Origin: an uncultured bacterium
Lineage (GTDB): Bacteria > Verrucomicrobiota > Verrucomicrobiia > Limisphaerales > UBA8199
Length of the DNA stretch: 64,000 nt
Assembly (NCBI GenBank): GCA_963749495.1
Contig: CAVVMW010000024.1
Coordinates: forward strand, 213,171-277,170
Direction: 5' to 3'
The translations under genes and the position numbers were made by a program. This document shows, one piece after another, positions 11,101 to 21,207 of the stretch. Positions within the stretch are counted from its first letter, which is position 1. The number at the start of each line of letters is the position of its first letter. Below the pieces are notes generated by a model. That model was not told the DNA's origin. It made no database searches and saw only the letters and a list, made by a program, of their open reading frames with translations.

Positions 11101-11695
11101 CGAGCACAATCTCACCAGCTTGCCCGCGCCCGTGCAACTCGAAGGCCCCTGGCAGGTCGGGTTCGCCCCGAACCTGGGCGCCCCGCCGACAGCGACCTTT
11201 GACCGCCTGATGTCCTTGACCGACTCTCCTGAGCCCGGCGTGAAGTACTTTTCAGGCGCCGCCACCTACTACAAGACCTTCGGGCTGCCTTCCCAATTCC
11301 TCTCGAAGAGCAGGCGGATCTTCCTCGACCTGGGCCGCGTCGAGGTCATGGCACGCGTCAAACTCAACGGCAAGGACCTGGGCCTGCTCTGGAAGTCACC
11401 CTTCCGGCTCGACATCACCGAGGCTGTTACGGGCGGGAAGAACCAACTCGACATCCGCGTCGTCAATCTCTGGCCCAATCGCCTCATCGGCGACGAGCAG
11501 TTGCCTGAAGACAGCCGCCGCCGGCCCGACGGCACCCTGGAGGCCTGGCCCGATTGGCTCCTGGCAGGCAAACCCAGCCCCGCCGGACGCATTACGTTCA
11601 CCTCCTGGCGTCTCTGGAAAAAGGCCGACCCGCTCCTCCCCTCCGGCCTCCTCGGCCCCGTCACGATAAGCGCGGCAGAACAAATCGAGCTATAA
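8157..11695 (+). CDS. Secreted GH106 alpha-L-rhamnosidase-like glycoside hydrolase, one frameshift near 10495
   Basis: ARPWVYWFWLNG, THIDSWENG, AEAFT, GINRFVFH. The C-terminal frame carries LDLGRVEVMA, VVNLWPNRLIGD and LLPSGLLGPV. Two overlapping ORFs join at CTCGAGTCCAG. Confidence 0.85.
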
Positions 11696-11742
11696 GCCCA
11701 AATCTGCTTGAAGCCTCATCAGCGCACTGTTAGTTTTGTGTC

Positions 11743-12057
11743 GTGAGAAACGGGAAGAAGCGCCCCCAGGCAGGTCTTGCCCGGCGGGTTGAACTGGGCC
11801 GGTTTATCGTAGCCGACCCTGCGATTTGCCACGGCAAGCCCACGTTCAAGGGGACACGAATCATGGTGTGGCAGGTGCTGGATGACCTGGCGGATGGCCG
11901 GTCCTGGGACTTCATCTGCAACACCAGGTGGGGTGGGCGCATCCCGCTAGCGGCTGTGGCGGAAGCGGTCAGGCTTTCTCGCGAGGCCTGGCTCGACAAA
12001 GGCGGCGGCTTGCTGACCTCCAAATCCTCACCGGAAGCCACGACTGTCGCGGCTTGA
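11743..12057 (+). CDS. DUF433-family antitoxin-like protein
   Basis: IVADPAICHGKPTFKGTRIMVWQVLDDLADG signature. Confidence 0.88.
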   Translation: MRNGKKRPQAGLARRVELGRFIVADPAICHGKPTFKGTRIMVWQVLDDLADGRSWDFICNTRWGGRIPLAAVAEAVRLSREAWLDKGGGLLTSKSSPEATTVAA

Positions 12058-12449
12058 ACCTCCTCGACGAGAACTTCCCGGACGACCAGCGCGCAGTGCT
12101 TCGTGCGTGGGGGATTGCGTTTCGGCAGATCGGGCTTGACTTCAGCCACCGTGGGGTGAAGGACGAAAACATCGTGCCGCTCTTGCACCGGGAGCGGGAC
12201 CTCACGTTCTTCACTCAAGACGAGGATTTCTTCCTCCGCAGGCTGTGCCACGCCGGCTACTGCCTGGTTTGGTTGGACGTGAGGGCTGACGACTTGGCGC
12301 AGTACACTCGCCGTTTCCTGCGACATCCGCGTTTCGACACTGCGGCCCACCGCCTGGGCATCGTAGCTCGTGCGCACCATGACGGCGTCCATTTTTGGCA
12401 GCGGAATCGGCCTACGCTCCAGTATGTCCGCTGGCCCTTGGCTCCGTAA
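12054..12449 (+). CDS. PIN-like (DUF5615/VapC45-type) putative toxin
   Basis: TTG start overlaps the DUF433 stop; LLDEN...KDENI...FFTQDEDF acidic PIN pattern. Confidence 0.7.
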   Translation: MNLLDENFPDDQRAVLRAWGIAFRQIGLDFSHRGVKDENIVPLLHRERDLTFFTQDEDFFLRRLCHAGYCLVWLDVRADDLAQYTRRFLRHPRFDTAAHRLGIVARAHHDGVHFWQRNRPTLQYVRWPLAP

Positions 12450-12523
12450 GCGGACATAGCGGGAGCGGGATGCGGCGCAAAAGGCTGTCCCATTACGAAT
12501 CCACCGCCTCTCACTGATTCTGC

Positions 12524-14488
12524 TCATTCCATCCCCTCGAGCCGCGTCGCCGCCTGTTCCCACTCGCTATTAAGTTGGGCCAGGCGCTCCTGGAGGTCCA
12601 GGAGTTCCCGGTTGATCGAGACGGCGCGGCCCGGCTTTTCGTAGGTCTCGGGTTTCTCCAGTTCGGCAACCAGTTCGGTCTGGCGGGCCTCGGATTGATG
12701 GATCTCGTGTTCCAGGCGCTCGACGGCCTCCCGCCGGGCGCGGCGCTCGCGGTAGCGGGTCTGGCGCTGTTGGGCATCGAGGCGGCGCTGGTCCTTCCTG
12801 GAAAAGGCGCCCGAGCCGTCCTCGGAGTCTGCCGGCCTTTGAGCGGGGACCTGGGCCTGTCCGTTGCGGGCGCCGGCGGTCAGGCCGGCCCGCTCGGACT
12901 CCGCTTTGGTCTTGTCGAGGTAGTATTGGTAGCCGCCGGGATAGTGGGTGAGGCGTCCGGCATTGATGTGGACGACGTGGTTGGCCAGGGCGCGGATGAA
13001 ATAAACGTCGTGGCTGATGAAGATGAGGGTGCCCTGGAACTGATCCAGGGCGAAAGCCAGGGCATCCACGCTCGACAGGTCCAGGTGGGTCGTCGGCTCG
13101 TCCATGAGCAGGAGGTTAGGCGGGTCCAGGAGCAGCTTGACCAGCGCCAGGCGGCTCTTCTCGCCGCCGCTGAGCATGCTGACGGGCTTGAAGACGTCGT
13201 CGCCCCGGAAGAGAAAGCAGCCCAGAAGGGTGCGCGTGAATTGCTCGCCCACCTCCTGCGGGGTATCCAGCGCCTCCTCGAGCACCGTCCGGTTGGGGGT
13301 GAGCATATCCACTCGATATTGGGAATAATAACCGGCGTTGACGTTGTGGCCCAGCGCGCGCTGGCCCGCCTGCGGCGTGAGCAGGCCTGCCAGGAGCTTG
13401 AGCAGGGTGGACTTGCCCGCCCCGTTGGGCCCCACCAGCACGATGCGCTGGCCCCGCTCCGCCTGGAAGTCCATGCCGCGATAGACCACGTTGTCGCCGT
13501 AGGCCTGGTGGATGTTCTCCAGCTTGATGACCCGCTGGCCGCTGCGCCGGGGCTGGGGGAATTGGAAATCGATCTTCTTCTCCTCGCCCGCCGGGGCCTC
13601 GATCCGCTCCATGCGCCCGATCTGCTTGAGCTTGCTCTGGGCCTGGGATGCCTTGGTGTTCTTGGCGCGAAACCGGTTGACGAACTCCATCAGGCGGGCG
13701 ATCTCGCGTTCCTGGTGTTTGTAGGCGGCCAGGAGTTGCTGCTCGTTGGCCTCGCGCTGCTCCAGGTAATCGTCATACCCGCCCCGGTAGCGGATGAGCC
13801 GGCTCTGGCGGATTTCGACGATGCTGCCGACAACCTGGTTGAGAAACTCGCGGTCGTGCGAGATGACCACGATGCCGCCCGGATAGGTCTTCAGGTATTG
13901 CTGGAACCAGAGCAGGGCGTCGAGGTCGAGGTGGTTGGTCGGCTCGTCCAGCAGGACTAGGTCCGGCTCCTGCGTCAGCAGCCGGCCCAGGTGCGCGCGC
14001 ATGACCCACCCGCCGCTCATCTCGCGCACCGGCCGGTCGAAATCCCGCTCCCGGAAGCTCAGACCGGCGAGGATCTGCTTGGCCTTGGCCTCAAGCCGGT
14101 AGCCGCCCAGGTCGTTGAACCGGTCGTGAACGTCGTCATGAATCTCTTCCGGGTGCAGGGCCTGGACCGGGTGATCGGCCTCCCATGCCTTGAGGATGCG
14201 GCGCAGCCTGGTGTATTCGGGCGTGATCGCCGTGGCCAATTCAACCACCGTCTCGTCCCCGGCCGGCATGTTCTCCTGCGGCAGATAGCCGATCGAGATG
14301 CCCCGCTCGACCGTGATCTCGCCCGCGTCCGCCGATTCCGCGCCAAGGATGATCGAGAACAGCGTCGTCTTGCCCGCCCCGTTCGGTCCTACCAGGCCGA
14401 TCCGGTCCTGGCGATTGACCTGCAATGTGGCGTCGGCAAACAGGACCCGGTCCGCGTAGGCCTTGCGAATGCCCGACAAAGTCAACAT
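12524..14488 (-). CDS. ABC-F family ATPase
   Basis: Two Walker A motifs (GPNGAGKT/S), SGG and LLDEPT motifs, no TM segments, C-terminal coiled coil. Confidence 0.95.
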   Translation of the reverse strand: MLTLSGIRKAYADRVLFADATLQVNRQDRIGLVGPNGAGKTTLFSIILGAESADAGEITVERGISIGYLPQENMPAGDETVVELATAITPEYTRLRRILKAWEADHPVQALHPEEIHDDVHDRFNDLGGYRLEAKAKQILAGLSFRERDFDRPVREMSGGWVMRAHLGRLLTQEPDLVLLDEPTNHLDLDALLWFQQYLKTYPGGIVVISHDREFLNQVVGSIVEIRQSRLIRYRGGYDDYLEQREANEQQLLAAYKHQEREIARLMEFVNRFRAKNTKASQAQSKLKQIGRMERIEAPAGEEKKIDFQFPQPRRSGQRVIKLENIHQAYGDNVVYRGMDFQAERGQRIVLVGPNGAGKSTLLKLLAGLLTPQAGQRALGHNVNAGYYSQYRVDMLTPNRTVLEEALDTPQEVGEQFTRTLLGCFLFRGDDVFKPVSMLSGGEKSRLALVKLLLDPPNLLLMDEPTTHLDLSSVDALAFALDQFQGTLIFISHDVYFIRALANHVVHINAGRLTHYPGGYQYYLDKTKAESERAGLTAGARNGQAQVPAQRPADSEDGSGAFSRKDQRRLDAQQRQTRYRERRARREAVERLEHEIHQSEARQTELVAELEKPETYEKPGRAVSINRELLDLQERLAQLNSEWEQAATRLEGME

Positions 14489-14545
14489 GGCCCACTAGCT
14501 TAGCCCGAAGCCGGGGATTTTCCAGGCGCGAGTGCGGCGGGGACG

Positions 14546-14702
14546 GAATGACGAATGACGAATGACGAATGACGAATGACGAATGACGAATGACGAATGA
14601 CGAATGACAAGTGCGGAGGGCAGTGAAGGGAGGAAGGAGGAAGGGAACTGCACCCTGCAGGGATTTCGTCATTCGTCATTCGTCATTCGTCATTCGTCAT
14701 TC
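14546..14702. repeat. Inverted pair of heptamer arrays: (GACGAAT)~9 and (CGTCATT)~5
   Basis: Directly visible; the two arrays are reverse complements flanking a ~55-bp spacer. Confidence 0.9.
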
Positions 14703-14717
14703 CGCCCTCCGGCGTCC

Positions 14718-15303
14718 TCACGCCGCCTCCCACTGCTCGCGCAGTAACTTCACAGCGGCGGAGATTGCCTTCTTGCGGTCGCCTTTGCAGCCGCATTCGA
14801 AGCTGACGAAATCCTGGTAGCCGATGAGCTTGAGGCCGCGGAAACCGTCCACGTAGTTGTCGTGGTCGTCTTCGCCGGGCATCAAAGGCGGGAACCATGA
14901 TCATGCCCGTGGACTTGAGCGCCCCTGCGGCAGGGAAAATCTCCTTCAAAGTCTTGAGGGCCAGCCGCCGCTTCTCCTCGTCATCGGAGATGACCACGCC
15001 CTGGTAGCCGCCGCAAATCGCGCTGATCCGGATCTGGCGTCCTTGCAGCGCCTTTTGGAGTTCCTCGACCCGCTTGGCCAGACCGCCGCCGCCCGGCTCG
15101 AACCCCTCGAAGCCGTTGGCCTCCAGGAAATCCAGCTTCTCGGACAGTGTCTTGCCCGGAGCCACGCCTTCCTGGCAGGAGAGGCGCAGACGCGCCTGCT
15201 GCGGCGGGTCCGGCAGCGTGAATGCCCTGGCGGCAGGCGCGACAGCGCCTGCAATTGTCGTGATAGCGGATGCGGCCAGGAAATCTCGGCGATTGAGTTT
15301 CAT
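14718..15303 (-). pseudogene. Tat-exported sugar phosphate isomerase/epimerase with an internal deletion
   Basis: NRRDFL Tat signal; the frame jumps from ..IMVPAF to MPGEDDHDNYVDGFRGLKLIGYQDFVSFECG..EQWEAA*; the central LEPLN/DxxH region is absent. Confidence 0.75.
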
Positions 15304-15413
15304 AGTGTTCTCTGGCCCGGCATCCTGTTGGATGGGCCGCTCCCTGGCCAGAAGAATTTCGCCTCCGTTTCCTGGCGGGCGCTTCCTGTCGCTGCCTCCG
15401 GGATGCGGCCGTC

Positions 15414-15762
15414 CTCGGGCTGAAAGCCCGAAATGTGACAGCCTGGGCTGGAGTGAGCTTGCGAGCGGAGGCCCAGGTCACCGGGCCATAACTGCCGCGC
15501 GCCCTGCTAGGAATCCAGATGCGAACTGGCGCGGACCCGGTCGATGCCCCCGCATAAGGCCGCCCCTTCGTTTCCTTCGTTTCCTTCTGTTCTGTTCCTG
15601 TGCCCAGCCGGCGGGATGCAGGAAAAGAACAGAAGGAAACTAAGGAAACGAAGGATCGAAGACCCAGATCGGCTCTGAGAGTTGCGATCTGGACGTCCGA
15701 GAAGAATTCTGTCTCACACCCTTCCGTCCCTTTTGTCCCTTTTGTCGCTTTTGTCCCTTGTC
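15414..15762. repeat. Cluster of small palindromic and 9-mer repeats
   Basis: GGGCTGAAAGCCC hairpin, CTTCGTTTCCTT..AAGGAAACGAAG inverted pair, CCTTTTGTC repeats; similar units at 16656-16765 and 23340-23372. Confidence 0.7.
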
Positions 15763-15783
15763 CCTTTCCACTAAACTCTGCCC

Positions 15784-16656
15784 ATGACCGTCTTGGAAGT
15801 GATTCAGCGCAGCGCACAGTTCCTGGCCGGCAAGGGCGTGGATTGTCCGCGGCTGCAGGCGGAGCTGCTGCTGGCGCACGTGCTTGGGCTTGCCCGCATG
15901 CAGTTGTACCTGAATTTCGAGCGCGTGCTCACTCCCGCCGAAACCGAGGCCCTGCGCCAACTGGTCAAACGCCGGGGCGGTCGCGAGCCGCTGCAGCAGA
16001 TCACCGGCTGCGCTTGCTTTTGCGGGTTCGACATCGCCGTCAACCGGCACGTGCTGGTGCCGCGCCCGGAGACCGAGTTGCTGGCGGAACGGGGCTGGCG
16101 GTTTTTGCGCGAGCTTGCGGCCCGGGGCCAGGGCCCGGAGGCGGCGCCCGCCGCCCTGGATTTCGGCACCGGCAGCGGCTGCGTGGCGATTGCCCTGGCG
16201 GCCAACTGCCCGGAGGCTCGAGTCTATGGCGTGGACGTGTCCGCCGCCGCGCTGGACCTGGCCCGGCAAAACGCGGCGCGGCACGGCTTGGCCGAACGTC
16301 TGCGCTTCGAGCACGGAGACGGGCTGGGCTTCCTGCCGGCGGACTTTCGCGTACACCTGGTGGTCAGCAACCCGCCCTACATCCCCAGCGGCCAGATAGC
16401 GGGGCTGGCCCCCGAGGTGAGGGACTTCGAGCCGCGCCAGGCGCTGGATGGCGGCCCGGACGGGCTGGATTGCTACCGGCGCCTGGCGGCCGAGGCGGGG
16501 CGGCTCCTGCACCCCGGCGGCCGCCTGATGGCGGAGTTGGGCGATGACCAGGCAGCGCCCTTGCAGGCCCTCTTCCAATCGCACGACTGGAGAGTCGAAG
16601 CCATCGAGGATGACTACACCCAGCGACCGAGGATCCTGGTGGCGCGCCGGGAGTGA
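15784..16656 (+). CDS. prmC: Release factor glutamine methyltransferase
   Basis: EPLQQI, VLVPRPETE, DFGTGSGC, VSNPPY, ALDGGPDGL. Confidence 0.95.
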   Translation: MTVLEVIQRSAQFLAGKGVDCPRLQAELLLAHVLGLARMQLYLNFERVLTPAETEALRQLVKRRGGREPLQQITGCACFCGFDIAVNRHVLVPRPETELLAERGWRFLRELAARGQGPEAAPAALDFGTGSGCVAIALAANCPEARVYGVDVSAAALDLARQNAARHGLAERLRFEHGDGLGFLPADFRVHLVVSNPPYIPSGQIAGLAPEVRDFEPRQALDGGPDGLDCYRRLAAEAGRLLHPGGRLMAELGDDQAAPLQALFQSHDWRVEAIEDDYTQRPRILVARRE

Positions 16657-16813
16657 ACAGAAGGAAATACTGAAACTGAACAGAAGGAAACGAAGGGAAC
16701 GAAGAAGCCAAAACGCTGTCGCACCCACTGTCGCTTTTGTCGCTTTTGTCCCTCGTCCCTTGTCCCTCGGCCCTCAGGGCCACTGACAAAGTCGCTCGGT
16801 GCGCCCGTGCGGC

Positions 16814-16949
16814 GTAGCGCAGACTTCCAAGTCTGCTGTGTCGCGGGTTTCCAAACCCGCAGGCCGTCCGCAAACCGGGCGCGCTCGATATATCAACGCC
16901 CTGCCGATTTGGAAATCGGCGATACGGCAGGTTTGGAAACCTGCGCTAC
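16814..16949. repeat. GTAG-type REPIN, family E
   Basis: GTAGCGCAGACTTCCAAGTCTGC...GCAGGTTTGGAAACCTGCGCTAC; inverted copy at 27708-27824. Confidence 0.85.
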
Positions 16950-17075
16950 AACTTTGTCAACGGCCCTCCCCGCCGCTCGACACTCGACACTCGACACTCG
17001 CCCTGCGCGCCGGCATACTCTGGGAGCGAGGTCTGAGTGGCCGGGCGAGTCCGGCAGGACCTGCCGGATATTTGC

Positions 17076-18338
17076 ATGGATAGTTTGCTCATCAAAGGCG
17101 GAGTGCCGTTGCGTGGGGAGGTGCAGATCAGCGGCGCCAAGAATGCCGTGCTGCCGATCATGGCGGCAACGCTCCTGACGCGGGAACCGTGTGTCATCCG
17201 GCGTGTGCCCCACCTGAGCGATGTTCAGTTCATGGGCCAGATCCTCACATGGCTGGGCGCGGAGGTGTGCTTCGAGGGGGGCACCGTCCAGATCACGGCC
17301 AAACAGATTAAGGGGGCCGGGGACTACGATTTGATTCGCAAGATGCGGGGCTCGATCTGCGTGATGGGGCCTTTGCTGGGGCGCTTGAGGGAGGCGACGG
17401 TGTCGCTGCCCGGGGGCTGTGTGATCGGCGCCCGCCCGATCAACCTGCACTTGAAAGGTCTTCAGGCCCTGGGCGCCAAGGTGGCGATTCGCGGCGGCTA
17501 CGTCCGCCTCAGCGCCAAGCGCCTGATCGGCTCGGCCATGTTCCTGGGCGGGCGGGCGGGCCCGACGGTGCTGGGCACCGCCAACGTGATGATGGCCGCC
17601 ACCCTGGCCGAAGGGGTGACGGTCATCGAGAGCGCGGCCTGCGAACCCGAGGTCGTGGACCTGGCGGCCTTTCTCAACGCCATGGGCGCCAGGATCTCGG
17701 GCGCCGGCAGCCCTACCGTCACCATCACCGGCGTCAAGGAACTGCACGGGGCCTGCCACGAAGTCATCCCCGACCGCATCGAGACGGCCACTTATGCCAT
17801 TGCCGCCGCCGCCACCGGCGGCCACGTCACCCTGCGCGGGGCCCGTCCCGACCATCTCCGCGCCGTCATCGACAAGCTCAACGATGCCGGCGTCCGCATC
17901 GATCGGACCGACTCCGAATTGACCGTGCGCCGCCCCGGCCGCCTCAAGGCGGTCGATATCACCACTCTGCCCTATGCCGGCTTCCCCACCAACGTCCAGG
18001 CCCAGATGATGGCGCTGATGGCCCTGACCCCGGGCATCAGCATCATCACCGAGCGCATCTTCGAATCCCGTTTCATGCACGTGAGCGAACTGGCCCGCCT
18101 GGGCGCCGATATTGAAATCGAGGGCCCAAGTGCGATTGTGAAGGGTGGCAGGCCCTTGACCGGCGCGCCGGTCATGGCCAGCGACCTGCGCGCCTCCGCC
18201 GCCCTGGTCATCGCGGGCCTGGCCGCCGGCGGCACCACGCTGGTCAACCGCGTCTATCATATCGACCGTGGCTATGAAAACATCGATGGCAAGCTGCGCC
18301 AGCTCGGCGCGCGCATCGAACGCATCGGGGAACCATGA
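17076..18338 (+). CDS. murA: UDP-N-acetylglucosamine 1-carboxyvinyltransferase
   Basis: SGAKNAVLP, LPGGCVIGARP, IPDRIE, IFESRFMH, ASDLRASAAL, IDRGYE. Confidence 0.97.
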   Translation: MDSLLIKGGVPLRGEVQISGAKNAVLPIMAATLLTREPCVIRRVPHLSDVQFMGQILTWLGAEVCFEGGTVQITAKQIKGAGDYDLIRKMRGSICVMGPLLGRLREATVSLPGGCVIGARPINLHLKGLQALGAKVAIRGGYVRLSAKRLIGSAMFLGGRAGPTVLGTANVMMAATLAEGVTVIESAACEPEVVDLAAFLNAMGARISGAGSPTVTITGVKELHGACHEVIPDRIETATYAIAAAATGGHVTLRGARPDHLRAVIDKLNDAGVRIDRTDSELTVRRPGRLKAVDITTLPYAGFPTNVQAQMMALMALTPGISIITERIFESRFMHVSELARLGADIEIEGPSAIVKGGRPLTGAPVMASDLRASAALVIAGLAAGGTTLVNRVYHIDRGYENIDGKLRQLGARIERIGEP

Positions 18339-18742
18339 CTAAAATCATCGCTGTCTTCATCATCGCGCTGTTCCTCTTCGGCGTGTACCACCTTGTCCTG
18401 TACTATGACAAGGTCCAGAACGAGAAAGAGGCCGACCAGCAGGCCGCCCGCTTCAAGCCCAAGGGGGGCGACCAACTGCCCGGCATGCCCTACCAGCTCG
18501 AGTCCTCCCTCCAAGCCGCCGAGCAGAACGGCGCTACCGGCCTGGGCAACTGGCTCAAGGTCTATGGCCCCAAAATCGAAGACCCCCGCAAGGCCTGGAT
18601 CGAGCTCGATTATTGCGTCCTGCTGGCCCGGGACAATCCGGCCGAAGCCCGGCGCATCTTTGGCGAGGTCAAACAACGCACCCCGCCCTCCTCGCCCCTC
18701 CTCGGGCCCCGCATCAAGGAACTGGCCAAAACCTACGAATAA
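18335..18742 (+). CDS. Hypothetical membrane-anchored protein
   Basis: ATGA overlap with murA, N-terminal TM segment, host-like codon use. Confidence 0.7.
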   Translation: MTKIIAVFIIALFLFGVYHLVLYYDKVQNEKEADQQAARFKPKGGDQLPGMPYQLESSLQAAEQNGATGLGNWLKVYGPKIEDPRKAWIELDYCVLLARDNPAEARRIFGEVKQRTPPSSPLLGPRIKELAKTYE

Positions 18743-18826
18743 AGCGCAAACTCGCCGACTTTCTTCTGGCCATCCGCCGGATAAACCGCTATCCTCGCCC
18801 CACAGTTCCCTAACGAAAGACCGCTT

Positions 18827-19345
18827 ATGGATGTCATCTTCAATTGTCCAAAATGCGAACAGGAGCTGGCTGTCGACAGCACTGGCGCCGGCACCGAGAT
18901 CAACTGCCCCGCTTGCGGGGAGGCCATTACCATCCCCGAGCCGGAAACAGTGGTTCCCCGGTCCGGTGTCGAGGCCGAGGCGGGCGCCCCGCGCATCGAA
19001 CCGCACACGGTCAGCCCGATCGCCTCCTCGGCGGCCGCCAAGGTCGAGAGACACTTGCGCGTCCCCAGCAACAAGGCCCCCGAGAGCCTCATCACCAAGC
19101 CTTTGGCCACGCTGGAAACCGCCGCCCCGAAGGACGGCGAGAAAACGATCCACATCCGGACCATCCGGCACACCGACTGCATCGAGGTCGGCCACGACAA
19201 GTTCGACGAGATTTTGACCAAGTTCCTCGGGCAGGTCGGCGAGGCCAGCATCATCAGCATCAATACCTTCAGCTACACCTACCTGGACATCGGCACGCAG
19301 AAGCTCCTGACCGACTTCGGCCTGCTCGTCGTCTATCGCGGGTAG
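18827..19345 (+). CDS. Hypothetical protein with N-terminal zinc ribbon
   Basis: CPKC..CPACG. Confidence 0.75.
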   Translation: MDVIFNCPKCEQELAVDSTGAGTEINCPACGEAITIPEPETVVPRSGVEAEAGAPRIEPHTVSPIASSAAAKVERHLRVPSNKAPESLITKPLATLETAAPKDGEKTIHIRTIRHTDCIEVGHDKFDEILTKFLGQVGEASIISINTFSYTYLDIGTQKLLTDFGLLVVYRG

Positions 19346-19391
19346 GTCCCGGTTCCTTGACTTGCCTGCCATACCTCGCTACCGTGGGCGC

Positions 19392-20399
19392 ATGAATCGC
19401 CGGTCAATCGCATTGGTCTTGCTGGTCGGGCTGTGTCTTTTGGCCTTTCCCTGGCGCTGTCCGGCGCCACTGGTCTGGCGCCCGGGCGAGGGGTGGACCT
19501 ACGAACCCTACGGCGGCGAGGCCACTTGGCACCGGGCCAAGGCCAAGGACCAGTTGGACGTGGCCCAGGCGGCCTTCCAGAAGAAAGACTACGCCCTGGC
19601 CCTGAGGGCAGCCCGCCGCCTGGTGCGAGTATGGCCCTTGTGCGATTACGTCCCCGAGGCCCGCGACATCATCGCCCGCTGTTACGACGCCCGGGGCCAG
19701 TCCGAACGCGCCTTCAAGCAATACCAGCAACTCCTGGAGAAACACCCCAGGATCCCCAATTACGAGGAGATCCTCCAACGCCAATTCGAGATCGCCAACC
19801 TCTACCTGGCCGGCAAGTGGTTCCGGCTCTGGACCTACATCCCGTTGCCCCCTTCGGCAACCCGCACGGCCGGGATGTACGAGAAGATCGTCAAGAGCGG
19901 CCCCTATAGCAGCGTCGCCGCCCAGGCCCAGCTCAAGATCGGCACCGCGCGCGAGAAGGCAAAGGACTTCCCCGCCGCCGCCAAGGCCTTCCAACTGGCC
20001 GGCGACCGCTACACCGACCGCCCCGCCGTCGCCGCCGAGGCCCACTTCCGCGAAGGCCAGGCCTACAACCGCCAGGCCCTCAAAGCGGATTACGACCAAA
20101 GCGCCGCGGGCCAGGCCATCAATGCCTTCAGGGACTTCCTGGCCCTCTACCCCAACGACGCCCGCACCAATCAGGCCGCCAAGGCCATCGTCGCCTTGAA
20201 ACTGGAGCAGGCGCGCGGCTGCATCCAGACCGCCCACTTTTACGAAACCGCCAAGTTCTATCCCAAGCTCACCCGCTGGAAAGGCGCCCGCACCTACTAC
20301 AACGAGGTCGTCCTCCTGGACCCCGGCTCCACTTATGCCGCCGAGGCCCGCAAGCGCATCAATGCCCTCAACAAGCTCTTGAAAGAAGCCGAGAAATGA
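19392..20399 (+). CDS. bamD: Outer-membrane assembly factor BamD-like TPR protein
   Basis: Signal peptide, TPR helices, YDQSAAGQAINAFRDFLALYPND; directly upstream of lptE. Confidence 0.7.
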   Translation: MNRRSIALVLLVGLCLLAFPWRCPAPLVWRPGEGWTYEPYGGEATWHRAKAKDQLDVAQAAFQKKDYALALRAARRLVRVWPLCDYVPEARDIIARCYDARGQSERAFKQYQQLLEKHPRIPNYEEILQRQFEIANLYLAGKWFRLWTYIPLPPSATRTAGMYEKIVKSGPYSSVAAQAQLKIGTAREKAKDFPAAAKAFQLAGDRYTDRPAVAAEAHFREGQAYNRQALKADYDQSAAGQAINAFRDFLALYPNDARTNQAAKAIVALKLEQARGCIQTAHFYETAKFYPKLTRWKGARTYYNEVVLLDPGSTYAAEARKRINALNKLLKEAEK

Positions 20400-21034
20400 A
20401 GCCGGTTCGCACGCTGGGACGGTCCCTTGCAGGGCAAGAAGGAACCACGGAACACACGGAATACACGGAAACCCGGAAGTCTGCCGGTTTCCCTTCCGTG
20501 TATTCCGTGTGTTCCGTGGTTCCATCCTTCGGCGCCCTGCTCCCCGCCTGCCTGGCCGTGCTCCTGCTCAGCGGCTGCGCCGGATACCGCCTCGGCCCCG
20601 CCAACGGCATGGCCGCCGGCGAAAAATCCATCCAGGTCACACCCTTCGCCAACCGGACCCTCGAACCGCGCCTCACCGATGCCCTCACCTCCCAGCTTCG
20701 CAGGGAACTCCAGCGCGACGGCACCTTCCGCCTCGCCTCCCACGACGACGGGGACATCGTGCTCAGCGGCGTCATCACCCGTTACAACCGCCGCGAAATG
20801 AGCCTTTCGCCCTTCGATACACTCACCGTCCGCGACTACCGCCTCATCCTCACCGTGCAGGTTACCGCCCGAGAGCGCAGCACCGGCAAGCTCCTCCTCG
20901 ACAAACCCGTCAGCGGTTCCACCCTCATCCGCGTCGGCTCCGACTTGACCAGCACCGAGCGCCAGGCCCTGCCCCTCCTGGCCGCCGACCTGGCCAAAAA
21001 CGTCACCGCCCTGCTCGCCGACGGGACCTGGTGA
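20396..21034 (+). CDS. lptE: LPS assembly lipoprotein LptE-like
   Basis: Lipobox LLSGC-AGY, FANRTLEPRL, ERQALPLLAADLA. Confidence 0.75.
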   Translation: MKPVRTLGRSLAGQEGTTEHTEYTETRKSAGFPSVYSVCSVVPSFGALLPACLAVLLLSGCAGYRLGPANGMAAGEKSIQVTPFANRTLEPRLTDALTSQLRRELQRDGTFRLASHDDGDIVLSGVITRYNRREMSLSPFDTLTVRDYRLILTVQVTARERSTGKLLLDKPVSGSTLIRVGSDLTSTERQALPLLAADLAKNVTALLADGTW

Positions 21035-21039
21035 GGGAA

Positions 21040-21150
21040 ATCAGAAGTCGGAGGTCAGAAGTCAGAAGTCGGAGGTCGGAAGTCGGAGGTCAGAAGTCAG
21101 AGGTCAGAAGTCAGAGGTCAGAAGTCAGAAGTCGGAAGTCGGAAGTCAGA
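21040..21150. repeat. Heptamer tandem array (TCAGAAG/TCGGAGG variants), about 15 units
   Basis: Directly visible. Confidence 0.9.
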
Positions 21151-21207
21151 AACCCGGATTCCGGATTTCAAATGGAAGGTCCGCCCGCAATTTCACCCGT
21201 TCCGTGA

